Shown: positions 1-12,260 of the stretch, in pieces
Position numbering within the stretch: the stretch's first letter is position 1
Layout: each line of letters opens with the position of its first letter
From: Octopus sinensis
Lineage: Eukaryota
Direction: 5' to 3'
Assembly (NCBI RefSeq): GCF_006345805.1
Contig: NC_043003.1
Location: 90,458,001-90,522,000, forward strand
DNA length: 64,000 nucleotides
Made by a program: the position numbers and the translations under genes
Notes under the pieces: generated by a model
What the model saw: the letters and a program-made list of their open reading frames with translations, nothing else
Databases searched by the model: none
Told to the model about the DNA's origin: nothing

Positions 1-197
1 GTTACCATACAGTGGGACTGAACCTAGGACCATGTGTTTTGGAACCAAGTTTCTTACCATACAGACACACCTGCACCTATATATATGTATGTGTGTGTGT
101 ATATATGTATGTATATATGTATGTATATATATATGTATAAATATATGTATGCATGTATATATATATATATATATGTGTACATATACATCTATATATA

Positions 198-378
198 TCA
201 CTTTGACCGACCAGTCCGTCAGGCGTCCATTTGACACCGCTGGTCACAGCACGCTGTCCACTCCTCTCTGGATCGCGCCTTTCTCATCCACATGATCCCA
301 ATCGTCCTCTTGAAATCGTTACTCCACCGTCGTGGAGGTCTTTTCCGCTCACGCGGATACCACTCAACAACTGCGTGC
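198..378 (-). mobile_element. 5'-truncated RTE-clade LINE 3' end within a (TA)n/(CA)n microsatellite
   Basis: Minus frame VVEWYPRERKRPPRRWSNDFKRTIGIMWMRKARSREEW...* matches the RTE ORF2 C-terminal pattern; short 3'UTR then a TA tail. Confidence 0.7.
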
Positions 379-385
379 GTATAGA

Positions 386-441
<56 letters not shown>

Positions 442-557
442 TCTATACATATACATGTGCAGATGTATACATATATTTATACGTAATATTTATATATATT
501 ATATATATGTATGTATGTATGCCTGTATATGTGTGAGATAATAGTTTCAGTATTAAT

Positions 558-2309
558 TAGGCCTCGAAACCGGTTTTATATTATGATCAGCAAAACCAAA
601 ACCGATTTGCCAAAACTGATTTTAAGGCTTGCTGTTTCGGATCTTTTCAATAAAAGATGTTTTATGTAACACATTCTACCAGTATACGAAGTTTAAAAGT
701 GTTTAGTTACAAATAACTATTTTTTTAATGTGCCGGTCAAAGTGTTTCTTTCTTTTTTTTTTTTTTCGCAAAACATTTCTCCATTTCTTCATTTCAAGAA
801 ATACCTTTGAAACTGAACTAACTGAACTGTTGTCGGTCGCCTTTAGTTGAGAGTGCTGTCTGTTTCATTGAAACATATTGCAACATATCAATTCTCACCT
901 TCTCTCCCCTTGAACCTTAGATCAGCACCTTGTCATCTCCTTTGCTAACCCCTGGCTGATTCTTTGAATTTGCAGGTAACTGAGTTTATTCATAGCAAGT
1001 CAAGAGGATGCTGTTAGTCTTCAGTCAGGTGATCTTTCCCATTGAGCTTATGTAATAACCAGTTCCAGATTCGTTTCAAGAAAGTAACACTAAATTTTTT
1101 GATTAAAAAGTGAAGAGATCGCTATAACAGACGATAGTGATGATGAAGCTGACATAAGCCAACAAGACATACTTTGTCAAACAGATCTGGCTCACGAAAA
1201 TACTTGTTTTCCCCAAGTTAAAACCTGAATTTAACAAAGTTTTAAATAAGGTAAAAAAACTTTTCCGTAAATCTACAAAAAATGAAATTTTGCAAGATTT
1301 TGTACGAGTGAACTTTGATAACAGAGAATATAAACTTATACTGGATTGCAGAACTCGGTGGAATAGCACATTCCATATGATTGAAAGATTTTTGAAATTG
1401 AAAGCTGCATTCCAAATGCTCTACAAGCAGAACTTTCCACAGATGCCGTCGCTGACGAAGAATGGAAATCTCTCAATTTACTATATGAAATTCTGCATTC
1501 AGTAGAAATTATTTTGAAGGCTATTTGTGCTGATGATACAGATTTACTGAAAGCGGAATATTCTATAGAATTTTTATTGAATAAACTTAATATCGTCAGC
1601 AACCTTTTGGCTCTAAACCTTCGTGAAAGACTTATGCATAGATATAATAAGAGAAGAAATGTCGAAACCTTGATTCTCTTGAGGTATTTACATAACCCAA
1701 GGAAATTTAAAGGTGAGTCAATTTCTGGACCTTTTCTATTTTTTAATGAAACAACATTTAAGGAAGTATGCTGAACAAACATATAGAAGATTATTTCCTG
1801 AACATGATGCTGAGAACACAACAGAATTATACAAAGAAAATGAAATAGGAGAGAACCTAAAAACAAGTGTTACTGTTGTCCCATCTACTTATGAAGGTAA
1901 TGGACTCATGCGTGAATACACAAGCGCAATGAAGAAAATGAATGAAGAGCCCAAGATGGTAACAGATGGATTTGAAATCTCTAAAGAATTCAGGTACTAT
2001 TTAAGAAGAGTGATCCCGGTGCATGCACTCGCGTTCTCATGCAGCCGCGCTAGCTAGTCATGACTAGTCGATCCTACAACGACTACCTAGCAAAGTAAAT
2101 AAAACACAAAATAAATAATTTTTTTAAAACAAAGTAAATAAAACACAAAAACACAAAGTAAGGATCGACTAGTCATGACTAGCTAGCGCGGATGCGTGAG
2201 TGCGTGCACTGGGACTACTCTTCTTAAGTAATACCCGCGAAAACCGGTTTTGAGAATTACTTATACTTGAACTCGGTTTTGGGAATTATCGGTTTTTTTG
2301 CGAGCCCTA
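558..2309 (+). mobile_element. hAT DNA transposon, degenerate and internally deleted
   Basis: TIRs TAGGCCTCG.../...CGAGCCCTA and a perfect 8-bp TSD GTATTAAT (550-557, 2310-2317). Frameshifted transposase fragments include LDCRTRWNSTFHMIERFLKLK. Confidence 0.92.
1993..2235. mobile_element. Fold-back/MITE-like element nested in the hAT copy
   Basis: About 75-85-bp imperfect inverted arms (GGTACTATTTAAGAAGAGTGATCCC...GCGCTAGCTAGTCATGACTAGTCGATCCT) around an A-rich spacer. Confidence 0.75.
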
Positions 2310-2329
2310 GTATTAATAATGAAACTCTG

Positions 2330-2583
2330 GAACTGAAAGTATCTGACATTACAATAGAGAGATGTTATTGTTTCACTTTTGATAAGTAATACTGAAATAA
2401 TGGAAGTGATAAGACATTGCTCTGGGATCGCCTTAGTTGAAAATTGTTTTGGCCCACGACACTACATGGACACTAAGTAAGGCATGTTTAAAATTTGAAT
2501 GAAATCAGTTGTTTAGTTCTCAAGTTTTAGGGATTCACACAGATAGACAGACTCACATTCTCATCTTTATATATATAGAGAGA
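2330..2583 (-). mobile_element. Non-autonomous Helitron-like 5' fragment
   Basis: Minus strand starts A|TCTCTCTATATATAAAG...GTCTGTC, like the 8463-9182 element; 3' end not seen. Confidence 0.45.
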
Positions 2584-2663
2584 TAGATAGATAGATAGAT
2601 ATATGTATAAAAGACAATATAATATAATATATAAAAGACAAGATGAACATCAACTTTTATATA

Positions 2664-3880
2664 TTGGGTCATCCCATAAATACTGTGTTTTTTTAAAATT
2701 TCTTTTATTTTTAAAAATTTAAAATAAACAAAGTTCTTTCTTAATCTAAAATATACTCACTTTCATTTTCTACAATGCTCTTCCATCTATCTGAAGACTT
2801 GCAAGGCCCCACTTCCAAAATTCCGTCTGTGATGAAAAATACTCCTTCAGTAACTCTTCTGGCCTCGTCTACAGAATTCATATTTTTTCCATCCAAATGA
2901 TTTTGAAGATTGTGGAATAAATGATAATCAGATGGGGTAATGTCCAGCGAATATGGTTGGTGGGACATAGTTTCCCATTCAAACTGCTCCAGCCTTTGGA
3001 ATGTCATCTCCTTGCTGTATGTGGCAGAGTATTATCCTGATGGAAAAACACTTTTCATCTTGAAACCAAAGATGGTTGTTTATCTTCTAGCGTTGACTTA
3101 AGCCACTCAGGCTGTTCGCAGTACATCTCTGCTATCATTTGGTTTGGGTTTAAAAGTTCAAAGTAGACAAAACCTTTCATATCCCACCAAACAGATAACA
3201 CCTTACATGGGTGAAGACCTTCTTTAGCTTGGGGTGCTGGTGTTTCTCCTTTCCCTACCCAGTCTTTGGTGCCTGACATTTTTAGAGAACCAACCCATCT
3301 CTTGTCACAAGTCACTATTCAGTCCAAAAAAGGTTCATTTGTGAGATGTGGTTGCAAAGAAGAGCACACATTCACTTTCGACACATGATTAGACCCGGAA
3401 AGTTTGAGGAACTCATTGACCCGATTTGCAAATTTTTCCAATGGCACGCAGGTGTAGATGAATGGTTGAATGACCAAATCTAAGCTTCTATGGTAGGTCT
3501 TCAAGTTATGATGGGATTTTGTTCCACCAGGGTTTGCAGGATGTCCTTGTCGAGCTGACAGTCTTCTAGGCTGTAATTTCTGGAACCACCATTGACACTG
3601 GCTTACACTTACTGTTCGATCTCCTGCACTTTCTGTTGCATTGTTGCCTTTATTGAACTCATAAAAATATGCCAAATATGCTCCTTTGTCACTTTCGTTA
3701 CAGCTTTGAAAAAATACCTTAAACTCAAACTGCACTCTTCAAAACTTGCACTAAGAATAAGTACAAAATAAAATTACTATCTGCTTTTATAGCAAGTTGA
3801 TGAAGGTAGTTTATCCTGTCCCCCTCTGACTTTTAGTTTATGCAATTGAAAAAAACTGCACTACTTATGGCGTGACTCAA
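2664..3880 (-). mobile_element. Mariner (Tc1/mariner) element, near full length, degenerate
   Basis: About 30-bp imperfect TIRs (TTGGGTCATCCCATAAATA / TTGAGTCACGCCATAAGTA) flanked by TA. Fragments FYEFNKGNNATE, TCDKRWV, VLSVWWDMKG and HQPYSLDITPSDYHLF. Confidence 0.92.
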
Positions 3881-4172
3881 TATATATAACTATACATATC
3901 CATGCATTTGGTTGCCTAAGCCTGATGAGCTAGGTTGATGTGATGAGCCTACAAAACTAAAATTGCAAGAAGCCAAATGAAACTGTTATCAAATAATATA
4001 TACATTCTTTAGGGTGGCAAGCTGGTAGAAATGTTTGCATGCTGGGCGAAATGCTTAGTGGTATGTTGTCTGCTGTTACGTTCTGAGTTCAAATTCTGCA
4101 CTGGGGTCAATGTAATCGACTTAATCCCTTCGTCTGTCACCTCTATGTTTAGCCCCCTGTGGCTAATAAAAT

Positions 4173-4525
4173 TCTTTTACTTGTTTCAGTCATTTTGACT
4201 AGAGCACCTTTTTTAGTCAAAGAAATCAACCCCTGGACTTATTCTTTGTAAGCCTGGTACTTATTCTATTGGTCTCCTTTGCTGAACTGCTAAGTCATGA
4301 GGATGTAAACACACCAAGATTGGTTGTCAAGCGAAGGTGGATAGACAAACACAGACACACACACACATTTGACAGGCTTCTTTCAGTTTCCATCTACCAA
4401 ATCCACTCACAAGGCTTTGGTTGGCCCGAGGCTATAGTAGAAGACACTTGCCCAAGGTGCCATGCAGTGGAACTAACCCAGAACCATGTGGTTGGGAAGC
4501 AAGCTTCTTATCACACAACCACACC
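4173..4525 (-). mobile_element. tRNA-derived SINE family A copy
   Basis: Same head, body and tail as 25586-25986; tail ...GACTGAAACAAGTAAAAGA. Confidence 0.8.
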
Positions 4526-5005
4526 TTTGTGTTCCTTTGTTATTTATTTAAGGTCAAATTAGGTTAAAATATTTAATCCTGAAATATAAACTTTCAACAT
4601 ATTCTTTTATGATTAGTTGCTATGTTTCAAACATTTCTGTCAGCACTGTTGTGTTGTTGAAGACTGTGGCTTAAAATTTGCATATATCACATTTCTGGCA
4701 ATAATACACAATAATAATTTTCTTCCTAAGCTGCCTCCTTTTAGCTGGAGCTAGTTTTGTGATGTTAATTTATTTTTTGAAGAAAAACAAAAAAGAATTG
4801 TTGTTCTCTCAGAAAATGAGGTTAATATTACAAATGGGATGGTAAATGAACCAACAGTAATATTGTAATAAGTAAATAAAATAAATGTACAACATTTTCC
4901 AGTTTCATGATTCTAAATACAAAGAGATGTCAAGTTAAAATAATTAAATGTGTTTGCTGAGTAAAGACTGAAACAGTGTTTGGGAAATCTGCTAGTATTT
5001 ACTTT

Positions 5006-5228
5006 TTAGCCCATTTGTTACCATATTTCTGTTGAAATGCAGTGTGTTTGTTTCACCACATTTTGAAAATTAATGAATTTAGTAAAATAACTTAATCATT
5101 ATTAAGCTGGTGTTTAGTACATAAATTAAGAAGAAATTTTGAAGGAAGCACCTGGTTCAAATGTATGAACAGGAAACTTGTAACTAGAACCAGGAGTGAT
5201 CTCAGGCAGGTAGGTATCAAAAGAGTTA
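5006..5228. mobile_element. TTAA-flanked (piggyBac-type) MITE family 2; further copies ~30358-30588, 46010-46205, 60180-60450, 61150-61370, 62470-62702
   Basis: Shared body (CATATTTCTGTTG...AATTTTGAAAATAATGAAGAATTT...) and an end GGTATCAAAAG(G/A)GTTAA. Confidence 0.6.
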
Positions 5229-5944
5229 AAGAACTTTAAAATTGGGTTCAAATTATAAGATGCATGTGAGGGATGATGTACAACAATCTCTCCCTCAACA
5301 ATTCCAAAACAATATAACACTTGAAATGAATATGAACTCATGACCTAGTAATCCAATAAGCATGACACACCAAGTGAAATGCTTAGCAATTGTTCATCTG
5401 TTTTTAAATTCTGAGTTCAAATTCCGCCGAGGTTGACTTTTCCTTTATCCCTTTGGGGTCGATAAATTAAGTACCGGTTGCGTACTGACATTAATCTAAT
5501 CGACTGGCTCCCACCAAAATTTTGGGCCTTGTGACTAGAGTAAAAAAGAATAACCACGACAAGGTGATCATCATTTAACAGCCATTTTCCATGCTGGAAT
5601 GGTTTTAACAGCTGTATGCCCTTCCTAATGCCAACCACTTGACATTAGGATGCTCTTTTGTAGCACCAGGACTTGTGAGGATTGCCAAGTAACTTGTAAA
5701 CAAGACCCCTTGACTGCATGGGGATGTAGTAGTGAGAGCAGCGGCTTTATTCCAGGTGTTGAGAGGCTAGAGAGGTAAGATAAAGGGACTTGCTGTAGAG
5801 ATAGCTACCTGATCCCCAAAGGGATGGAGGGAACAGCTGTCCAATGCACAAACATATCTGTTAGTATAAAAAAATATAAATAGCCTAAAATAGTCAGGTT
5901 GAAATTTAGATGAAATTAAAAGAAATCAATAAAAAAAAAATCAA

Positions 5945-8111
5945 TAACATGAAGACAAAATGTTTTATTTTTGTTTATTGGGGAAAAACCCAGAATAATG
6001 GCCAGAAGGCACCATTTTAAATGCTGAGTCATTGTAATATAAAAGAAAATAAGGTAACGTAATAGTAAGATAAAATAATAAGCTGTTGAGAGGAGTAAAA
6101 AAAAAAAGGAAACAGTACACTCGGAGTATCTACATTCATGGAAGGAGAGAGGAGTCAGTTGTTGTATTTATACTTTCTACTGAATAATGGTCTTAAATAT
6201 AGCCCATGGATGTTGTTGACTGATTGGGCACAAGGGTTCTTTAGAATTGTAAAGACGTTGCACACCTGGTTTTCCAGGACTTTACCATATGTAACGTGGT
6301 TCTTTTCATCATGACTTAATAATATTAAACTAATAACGTTGTTGGTGATAGAAATAAAAGTTTTATTGATGGATTTGTATTTCTTTTAAATTTTATTCAA
6401 ATGGATTTTAAAAAAACAAATGGAAACTTAAAAGTTGTTAAACAAAACGAACAGACAAGACAAAAATTTAAGTTGAAAGGACAAAATGGGACCGGTTGTT
6501 TAAAGATCTAAATTAATGACAGCCTTTTATAAGTGCACTAATTTATATGAGATTTTTAATATAACTGATTGTAGCCTCATACAAAGTTTCAGTCAGCAGT
6601 GACTTAAGGCACAGCTAATTAAATAGCACCACCTGGTAAAAGGATGAACAAAAAATTATAGATTTCTGAGAGGTTCTCCATCCATGTACTAGAAACCAGG
6701 TTAATTGTTGTTTGACTGAAGTGATTGGACAAGTATCAGTGTATTCAATACCAATAAAAGTTGTAAATTTAATCAAAAGAAAAAAAATGCTATCTGTGGA
6801 TATCTTTTTTCATTCATGAAATTTGAATTAATCATTCAAATTCTTCAGGTCTATAGCTACAATGTTAGCAGGATATATTATTTCATAGCATACAAGTCCT
6901 AAGTTTAGAGGCACAGTTAAACTGAAATATATACAAATCAGCATTTATATAAATATATATATAAAATATAGAGGTTATCAGTAAAATTGATATTTAAAAA
7001 ATATTTTATATAAAATTTTGATAAAATGTTGCTATAGAAATAATTTTATAGGCACTTATGGGAATAGTTTTATCAATAGTGTTTTGATAATCATTTCCAC
7101 AAAGAAAAGAATTTAGCTTTGCAAAAATTCCAGTAAAACACATGTAAAAAAAAAATGTACAAAAAAAATCATAAAACGCAAAATAAGATTATTAGAAAGA
7201 AATAATTAAATATTTCCTTAAATGGAGGCTATTTGTATTATTAAAGTAAAATTAAACTGAAGTTAAACAAATCCCTTGAATCTTCAATGAATTAAAAAGA
7301 AAAAAGTAACACAATGACCTTCAGCAAGAGTAAGTTTCTTTCTTTTTCTCTCTCCATTCTCTAAAAATATAAATTGTCACATAACTTACTAAACCAGCTA
7401 AAGTAGAGGCAATAAGTTTTTCCATTTTTGTTTAAAAATTGTTTCCACCATAAAAATTTTACAGCAGATACTATTTTATTCCTACAGAATAAAGCAAAGA
7501 TACAAATTTAAATAACAATAACAGAAATTAATAATTCATAATAATAATAATTTGGTTTTGCATTTGATATAACTGAAATTATTATTATTAAAAGAAAAGA
7601 AAAAAAAAAGAAGTAGCAGCAGTTTGTAAATGGTAACTCACCAATGTATATTGTCTTATGCTCAACGAAAAAAAATATCAAAACAGGAGGAGTTGACTTG
7701 TTTATAATTTTTTGTAGTTTTTTTTCTTTTTTTTTCTTCTCTAAGATCAAGGCAGCAGTAAAGCATTGATGATTTCATGCCAGAAGATCATATTTTAGAA
7801 AAATGCAGATCTATATATGGTCAAGAGACAGGTCTTGTACCATGACTAAAAGGGAAGAGAGTTTTCAAAGAAAACAAGATTTACAGAGGGTCATGAACAG
7901 CACTTGAAAGTAAGGGTTTAAGGGAAAGTTATTTTTTTAAAAATCACTGATTAAAAAAAACCTTTTAAAAAGTATAAATTGTTAGAGTTAAATTAAGTTC
8001 TCAGATGTAATCAAGATACTGTGAAAGGGGTGGGGGGGGGGAAGGCAGCATCATTTTTTTTGTCTTTTTATTTCTTTAAAATTTCTATTTCAACTTAAAC
8101 CATTTTCTGGT
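5945..8111 (-). other. Probable 3'UTR of Zasp (~2.2 kb)
   Basis: U-rich on the minus strand, with no recognisable TE, unlike the flanks. Paired AATAAA at 5964-5969 and 5974-5979, followed by a U-rich tract. The end is inferred. Confidence 0.55.
5964..5979 (-). terminator. Candidate tandem polyadenylation signals (AATAAA x2)
   Basis: Plus-strand tttatt at 5964-5969 and 5974-5979, with a downstream U-run on the minus strand (plus-strand A-run ~5930-5940). Confidence 0.45.
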
Positions 8112-8189
8112 TTATCTTGCATGCTTTTTGCAGTATGGTTTGCCAGTTTTAGCATAGAAGGGTTGACCTTCAAGGCTAACTTGGCAAGT
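8112..8189 (-). CDS. Zasp: Zasp last coding exon (78 nt to stop): end of LIM3
   Basis: Acceptor TTTTTGTTCTTTTTTTTCCAG|AC. Encodes [28 protein letters not shown]. Confidence 0.96.
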   Translation of the reverse strand, partial: [25 protein letters not shown]

Positions 8190-8462
8190 CTGGAAAAAAA
8201 AGAACAAAAACAAAATTAGTTATAAAGGAAGAAAAATGTTCAACAATTCTGAATTCTACAATAAAGCAAGAAAAAAAAACTGTTGAAAATTAATTTTACT
8301 TTTAATATATGTAAAACATCTTTAAGGAAAAAATAATTAAATTAGATTAAATTCAAATATCTGACATTATGAGTCCAAGAAGCACTATATATTCTACTAT
8401 ATGTAACATTAATTCACCTTCACCTTTCTCCAATGAATCAAACAACATCCTTTTATGCACTA

Positions 8463-9182
8463 CTAGCAGCATAGCCTGGCGTTGCCTGGGTATGTAAGAG
8501 CCCCTAGTAGGCAACGACTAATCCCAATCGAGTCCTTTCCCTCTAGGGAACGAAGGCGCATGTGTAGGTTGCAATGTCTTCTCTTCACTCCCAAATAACT
8601 ATCAAACAGCTATCGATAATTCAACCCAACCAATTCCTACCAGGAAGAAATTACATTCGAGACTTTACCCCCAACACCACCACTTCTGCTAATAGCTGCT
8701 GCAGCCGCAAGTTATTCGAATACTTTTTTTGTTTAAACTTTCTTTATAACTACCACCCCAAACGTTTTACCTTAAATTTTTGACGTGCCCTCTGACGCTA
8801 CTTGCAAACTCTTGGTTTATTATAAACCGCTTTTGTTGTGTGCACCAAAAACCCTTTTCCATTCGTTTCTTCAGTTTGGTCACTTTTGACTTTTTCGTTG
8901 TTGTCACTCAAATTGCTGCCCGCTTTTTTGCCGTTTTTGTACATTTTTATACATTTTGATGTTGCATATAAAAAGCTTAGATTCTCGACCCCATGTTGAA
9001 TTTATCAATTTTTTTCAGAACTGGGGGAACTTTTCAAAATTCTCGCTGCGTTAGTTTTGAATTATGACATTGGGCTATGTGTGTGTCAAGTTTCATCAGA
9101 ATCGGTTGAAAGCCGTGGTCAGGGTGAGGGTACAACCTGACAGACACACAGACAGACAAATTGCTGTTTATATATAGAGAGA
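8463..9182 (-). mobile_element. Non-autonomous Helitron (720 bp) in the last intron
   Basis: On the minus strand: 5' TC, 3' CTAG with subterminal hairpin CCCAGGCAACGCCAGG, inserted between A and T, no TSD. Confidence 0.85.
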
Positions 9183-9731
9183 TGCTTGTCTCTTCTCCAC
9201 TGCACCCCTGCAGCCCAATACCACTCTCATCTTTCTCTCCTGTTCTCCTACTGCCATTCTGTCACTCCCCTATATATCCATGTTTCACTACTTACTGCTT
9301 TCCCCTTTCCTTGCTATCTCTCCCTTTGCACTCTCACAAACTTCCTGCTTGCTCACACACACTGTCCAATCTTCTACAACGCCATTTACATTTATCTCTC
9401 TCTCTTTCTAACTATGTATTTTCTCTACAGCAAGACACCACTTTCTGTCCTGTTGTCATGAAGCCATCTCCCTCAACATCACTCCCCCTCTCTGTTGAAG
9501 GATCTTTGTCTTGCAAGTTATTTGGTTACCTTGCTAGTGCTGATGCCACATAAAAAGTACCCAGCACACACTGTAAAGTGGTTGGCATTAAGAAGGGCAT
9601 TCAGCTGTAGAAACTATGCCAAAGCAGACTAGAGCTTGGCACAGTAGTTTGGCATGCCAGCTTATGTTAAACTGTCCAACCCATGCAAGCATAGAAAATG
9701 GATGTTAAATGATGACATTAATAATAATAAT

Positions 9732-10145
9732 AATCCTTCCTATTATAGCACAAGACCTGACGTTTTAGGGGAAAGGGCAAGTTAATTACATTGACCCCAG
9801 CACTTGACTGAGGCCAAGTTGACCTCAATGGAATTTGAACTCAGAACATAAAAACAGATGAAAAGCTGCAAAGCATTTGGCCCATCATGTGAATGATTCT
9901 GCCAGTTCACTGCCTTAAATAATAATAATCCTTTCTACAATAGGCACAAGGCCTGAAATTTTGGTGTGAGGGGGACTAGTCAATTACATCAACCCCAATG
10001 GTCAACTGGTACTTAATTTACCAGCCCCAAAAGGATGAAAGGCAAAGTCGACCTCGGCGTAATTTGAACTCAGAACATAGCAATGGGCGAAGTACCACTA
10101 AGCATTTTGCCCAGCATGCAAATGATTCAGCCAGCTTGCCACCTT
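9732..10145 (-). mobile_element. Two tandem tRNA-derived SINE family B copies
   Basis: Head GGCGGTGAGCTGGCAGAATCGTTAGCA-like, body GCCTTTCATCCTTT.GGGGT.GATAAATTAAGTACCAG, (ATT)n tails. Confidence 0.8.
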
Positions 10146-10174
10146 AATAATAATAATATATATATATATATATA

Positions 10175-10436
10175 GATGCCAGCGCCGCCTGACTGGCGTC
10201 TGTGTCGGTGACACCTAAAAGCACCAACCGATCGTGGCTGTTTGCCAGCCTCCTCTGGCCCCTGTGCCGGTGGCACATAAAAAGCACCCACTACACTCAC
10301 AGAGTGGTTGGCGTTAGGAAGGGCATCCAGCTGTACAAACAATGCCAGATCAGACTGGAGCCTGGTGCAGCCTCCTGGCTTTTCAAACTCATGCTAGCAT
10401 GGAAAACGGACGTTAAACAATGATGATGATGATGAT
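10175..10436 (+). mobile_element. RTE LINE 3'UTR fragment with (GAT)n tail
   Basis: Highly similar to the 3'UTR of the 34141-34714 RTE copy. Confidence 0.8.
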
Positions 10437-10444
10437 ATATATAT

Positions 10445-10657
10445 AGGAGAGGAGCTTTCTCCGTCCGGGTTGCGGATCCGTGGAACAAGCTGCCAGACGA
10501 GATGGTGAAGATGCCGACGACCGCTTTGTTCAAAGCCTCCCTGGACATCAAGTGGCCTGAACTCTTTACATGAACACCACCCTGTACTTAACTCCATGTC
10601 CCCCTACATGGCCTTGCTATTTGCTTTTGAGCCAAATTAACTAACTAACTAACTAAC
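10445..10657 (+). mobile_element. 5'-truncated CR1-clade LINE
   Basis: RRGAFSVRVADPWNKLPDEMVKMPTTALFKASLDIKW...* (10445-10573) matches the CR1 ORF2 C-terminus; (TAAC)n tail. Confidence 0.85.
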
Positions 10658-10949
10658 ATATATAAAGAAACTGAGAAAAAAGTCAGGGCCTAGCTAGAGA
10701 GATGAAGACATCGTAGAAAACAAAGCTAAGAATTGTTCGTGTTGAAATTGGTGCACTTGGTATAACCCTCAATGGCTATTTTACAGGCTGAAGGATTTTG
10801 AAGTTGAGACCTACACTGTAGACCAGTAGATACATGCCATGCTGTGTTCTGTAAGAATCCTAAGAGGGAACTTGTAACCAAAACTCAAGACATCATCCCC
10901 ACCACCAGATAAAGTAGCATATAATAGTTTCATAATAATATTTCTTTCT

Positions 10950-11535
10950 AATTTTGACACAAGGCCACAAATGTTTTTCAAGGCGAAGGCAAGTAGATTA
11001 CATAAGGATGAAAGATGATCTTGGTGGATTTTGATCTCAAATCATAGACAGCAAGGAAAAATGCCACTTAGCATTTTGTCCAGTTTGCCACCTTGTTGTT
11101 GTTGTTGTTGTTGATGATGATAATCCTTTCTGCTACAGATAAAAGGCCTGAAATTTTTTGGGAAGGGAGTAGTTGATTACATCAACCCCAGTGCTAAACA
11201 GGTGCTTATTCCATCAACCACTGAAATGATGAAAAGCAAAGTCAAGTTCAGTAGAATTTGAACTCAGAATGTAATGATGGATAAAACATCATGAAGCATT
11301 TTGCCCAGCGTGCTTAAAATAATCCTTTCCACAATAGGCACAAGGCCTGAAATTTTAGGGGAGGGGCTAGTCAATTACATCGACCCCCCCAGTATGTAAC
11401 TGGTACTTATTTGACCTCGAAAAGATGAAAGGCAAAGTCAACCCCAGTAGAATTTGAATTCAGAATGTAAAGACGGATGAAATACTGATAAGCATTTCAC
11501 CCAGTGTGCTAACAATTCTGCCAGCTCACTGCTTT
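10950..11535 (-). mobile_element. Two to three tandem SINE family B copies
   Basis: Repeated family B body separated by (TAA)n/(TTG)n tracts. Confidence 0.75.
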
Positions 11536-11563
11536 AACAATAATAATAATAATAATAATAATA

Positions 11564-12006
11564 ATCATCATCATCGTCGTTTAGCGTCCGTTTTCCACGC
11601 TAGCATGGGTTGGACGGTTCTACTGGGGTCTGTGAAGCCAGAAGGCTTCATCAGGCCCAGTCAAATCTGGCAGTGTTTCTATGGCTGGATGCCCTTCCTA
11701 ACGCCAACCACTCCGTGAGTTTAGTGGGTGCTTTTTACGTGCCACCCGCACAGGTGCCAGACAGAGCTGGCAAACGGCCACGAACAGATGGTGCTTTTTA
11801 TGTGCCACCGGCACAAGGGCCATGCGAGGCTGGCAACGGACACGAAACGGGGCGGTGCTGGCAACGGTCGCGAAACGGAAGGTTCTCTTACATGCCACCG
11901 GCACTGGTAACACATCTGCAATTTCCATTGATCGATTTCCATTCTGATCCCCACTTGCCTCAACGGGTCTTCACAAGTAGAGTTTCGACATGTCACCGGC
12001 ACTGGT
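11564..12006 (-). mobile_element. RTE LINE 3'UTR fragment, inverted relative to 10175-10436
   Basis: (CAT)n tail on the left, GGATGCCCTTCCTAACGCCAACC core and internal GGTGCTTTTTA(C/T)GTGCCACC repeats. Confidence 0.8.
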
Positions 12007-12260
12007 AATAAATGCCCTGATGCAGTATCGGGAAGTGTTATCATGTACATTGTTTTATCTTGGTATAAAAGTTGGGCTACAGCAAATATTCTGCTCAATA
12101 CCAGATTTGCTTGTCAGTTATTTGACCTTAACCAGTTGAGCATGTCCCTTAGTGGCTGATGATATGTGCATCTCTGATCACGAGCAGAAGTAGTGGGGAA
12201 GAATCATAGCCATGTATTGAGAGGAATTCTTTGGGGTTTGGATAATTCACTTCTGGAAAC

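Noticed and set aside
32-541. Several 66-101 aa ORFs (also 15410-15703, 33387-33644, 39086-39368, 45095-45289, 59082-59556)
   Set aside because: They are translations of (TA)/(CA)/(TG) microsatellites and SINE bodies, not genes.
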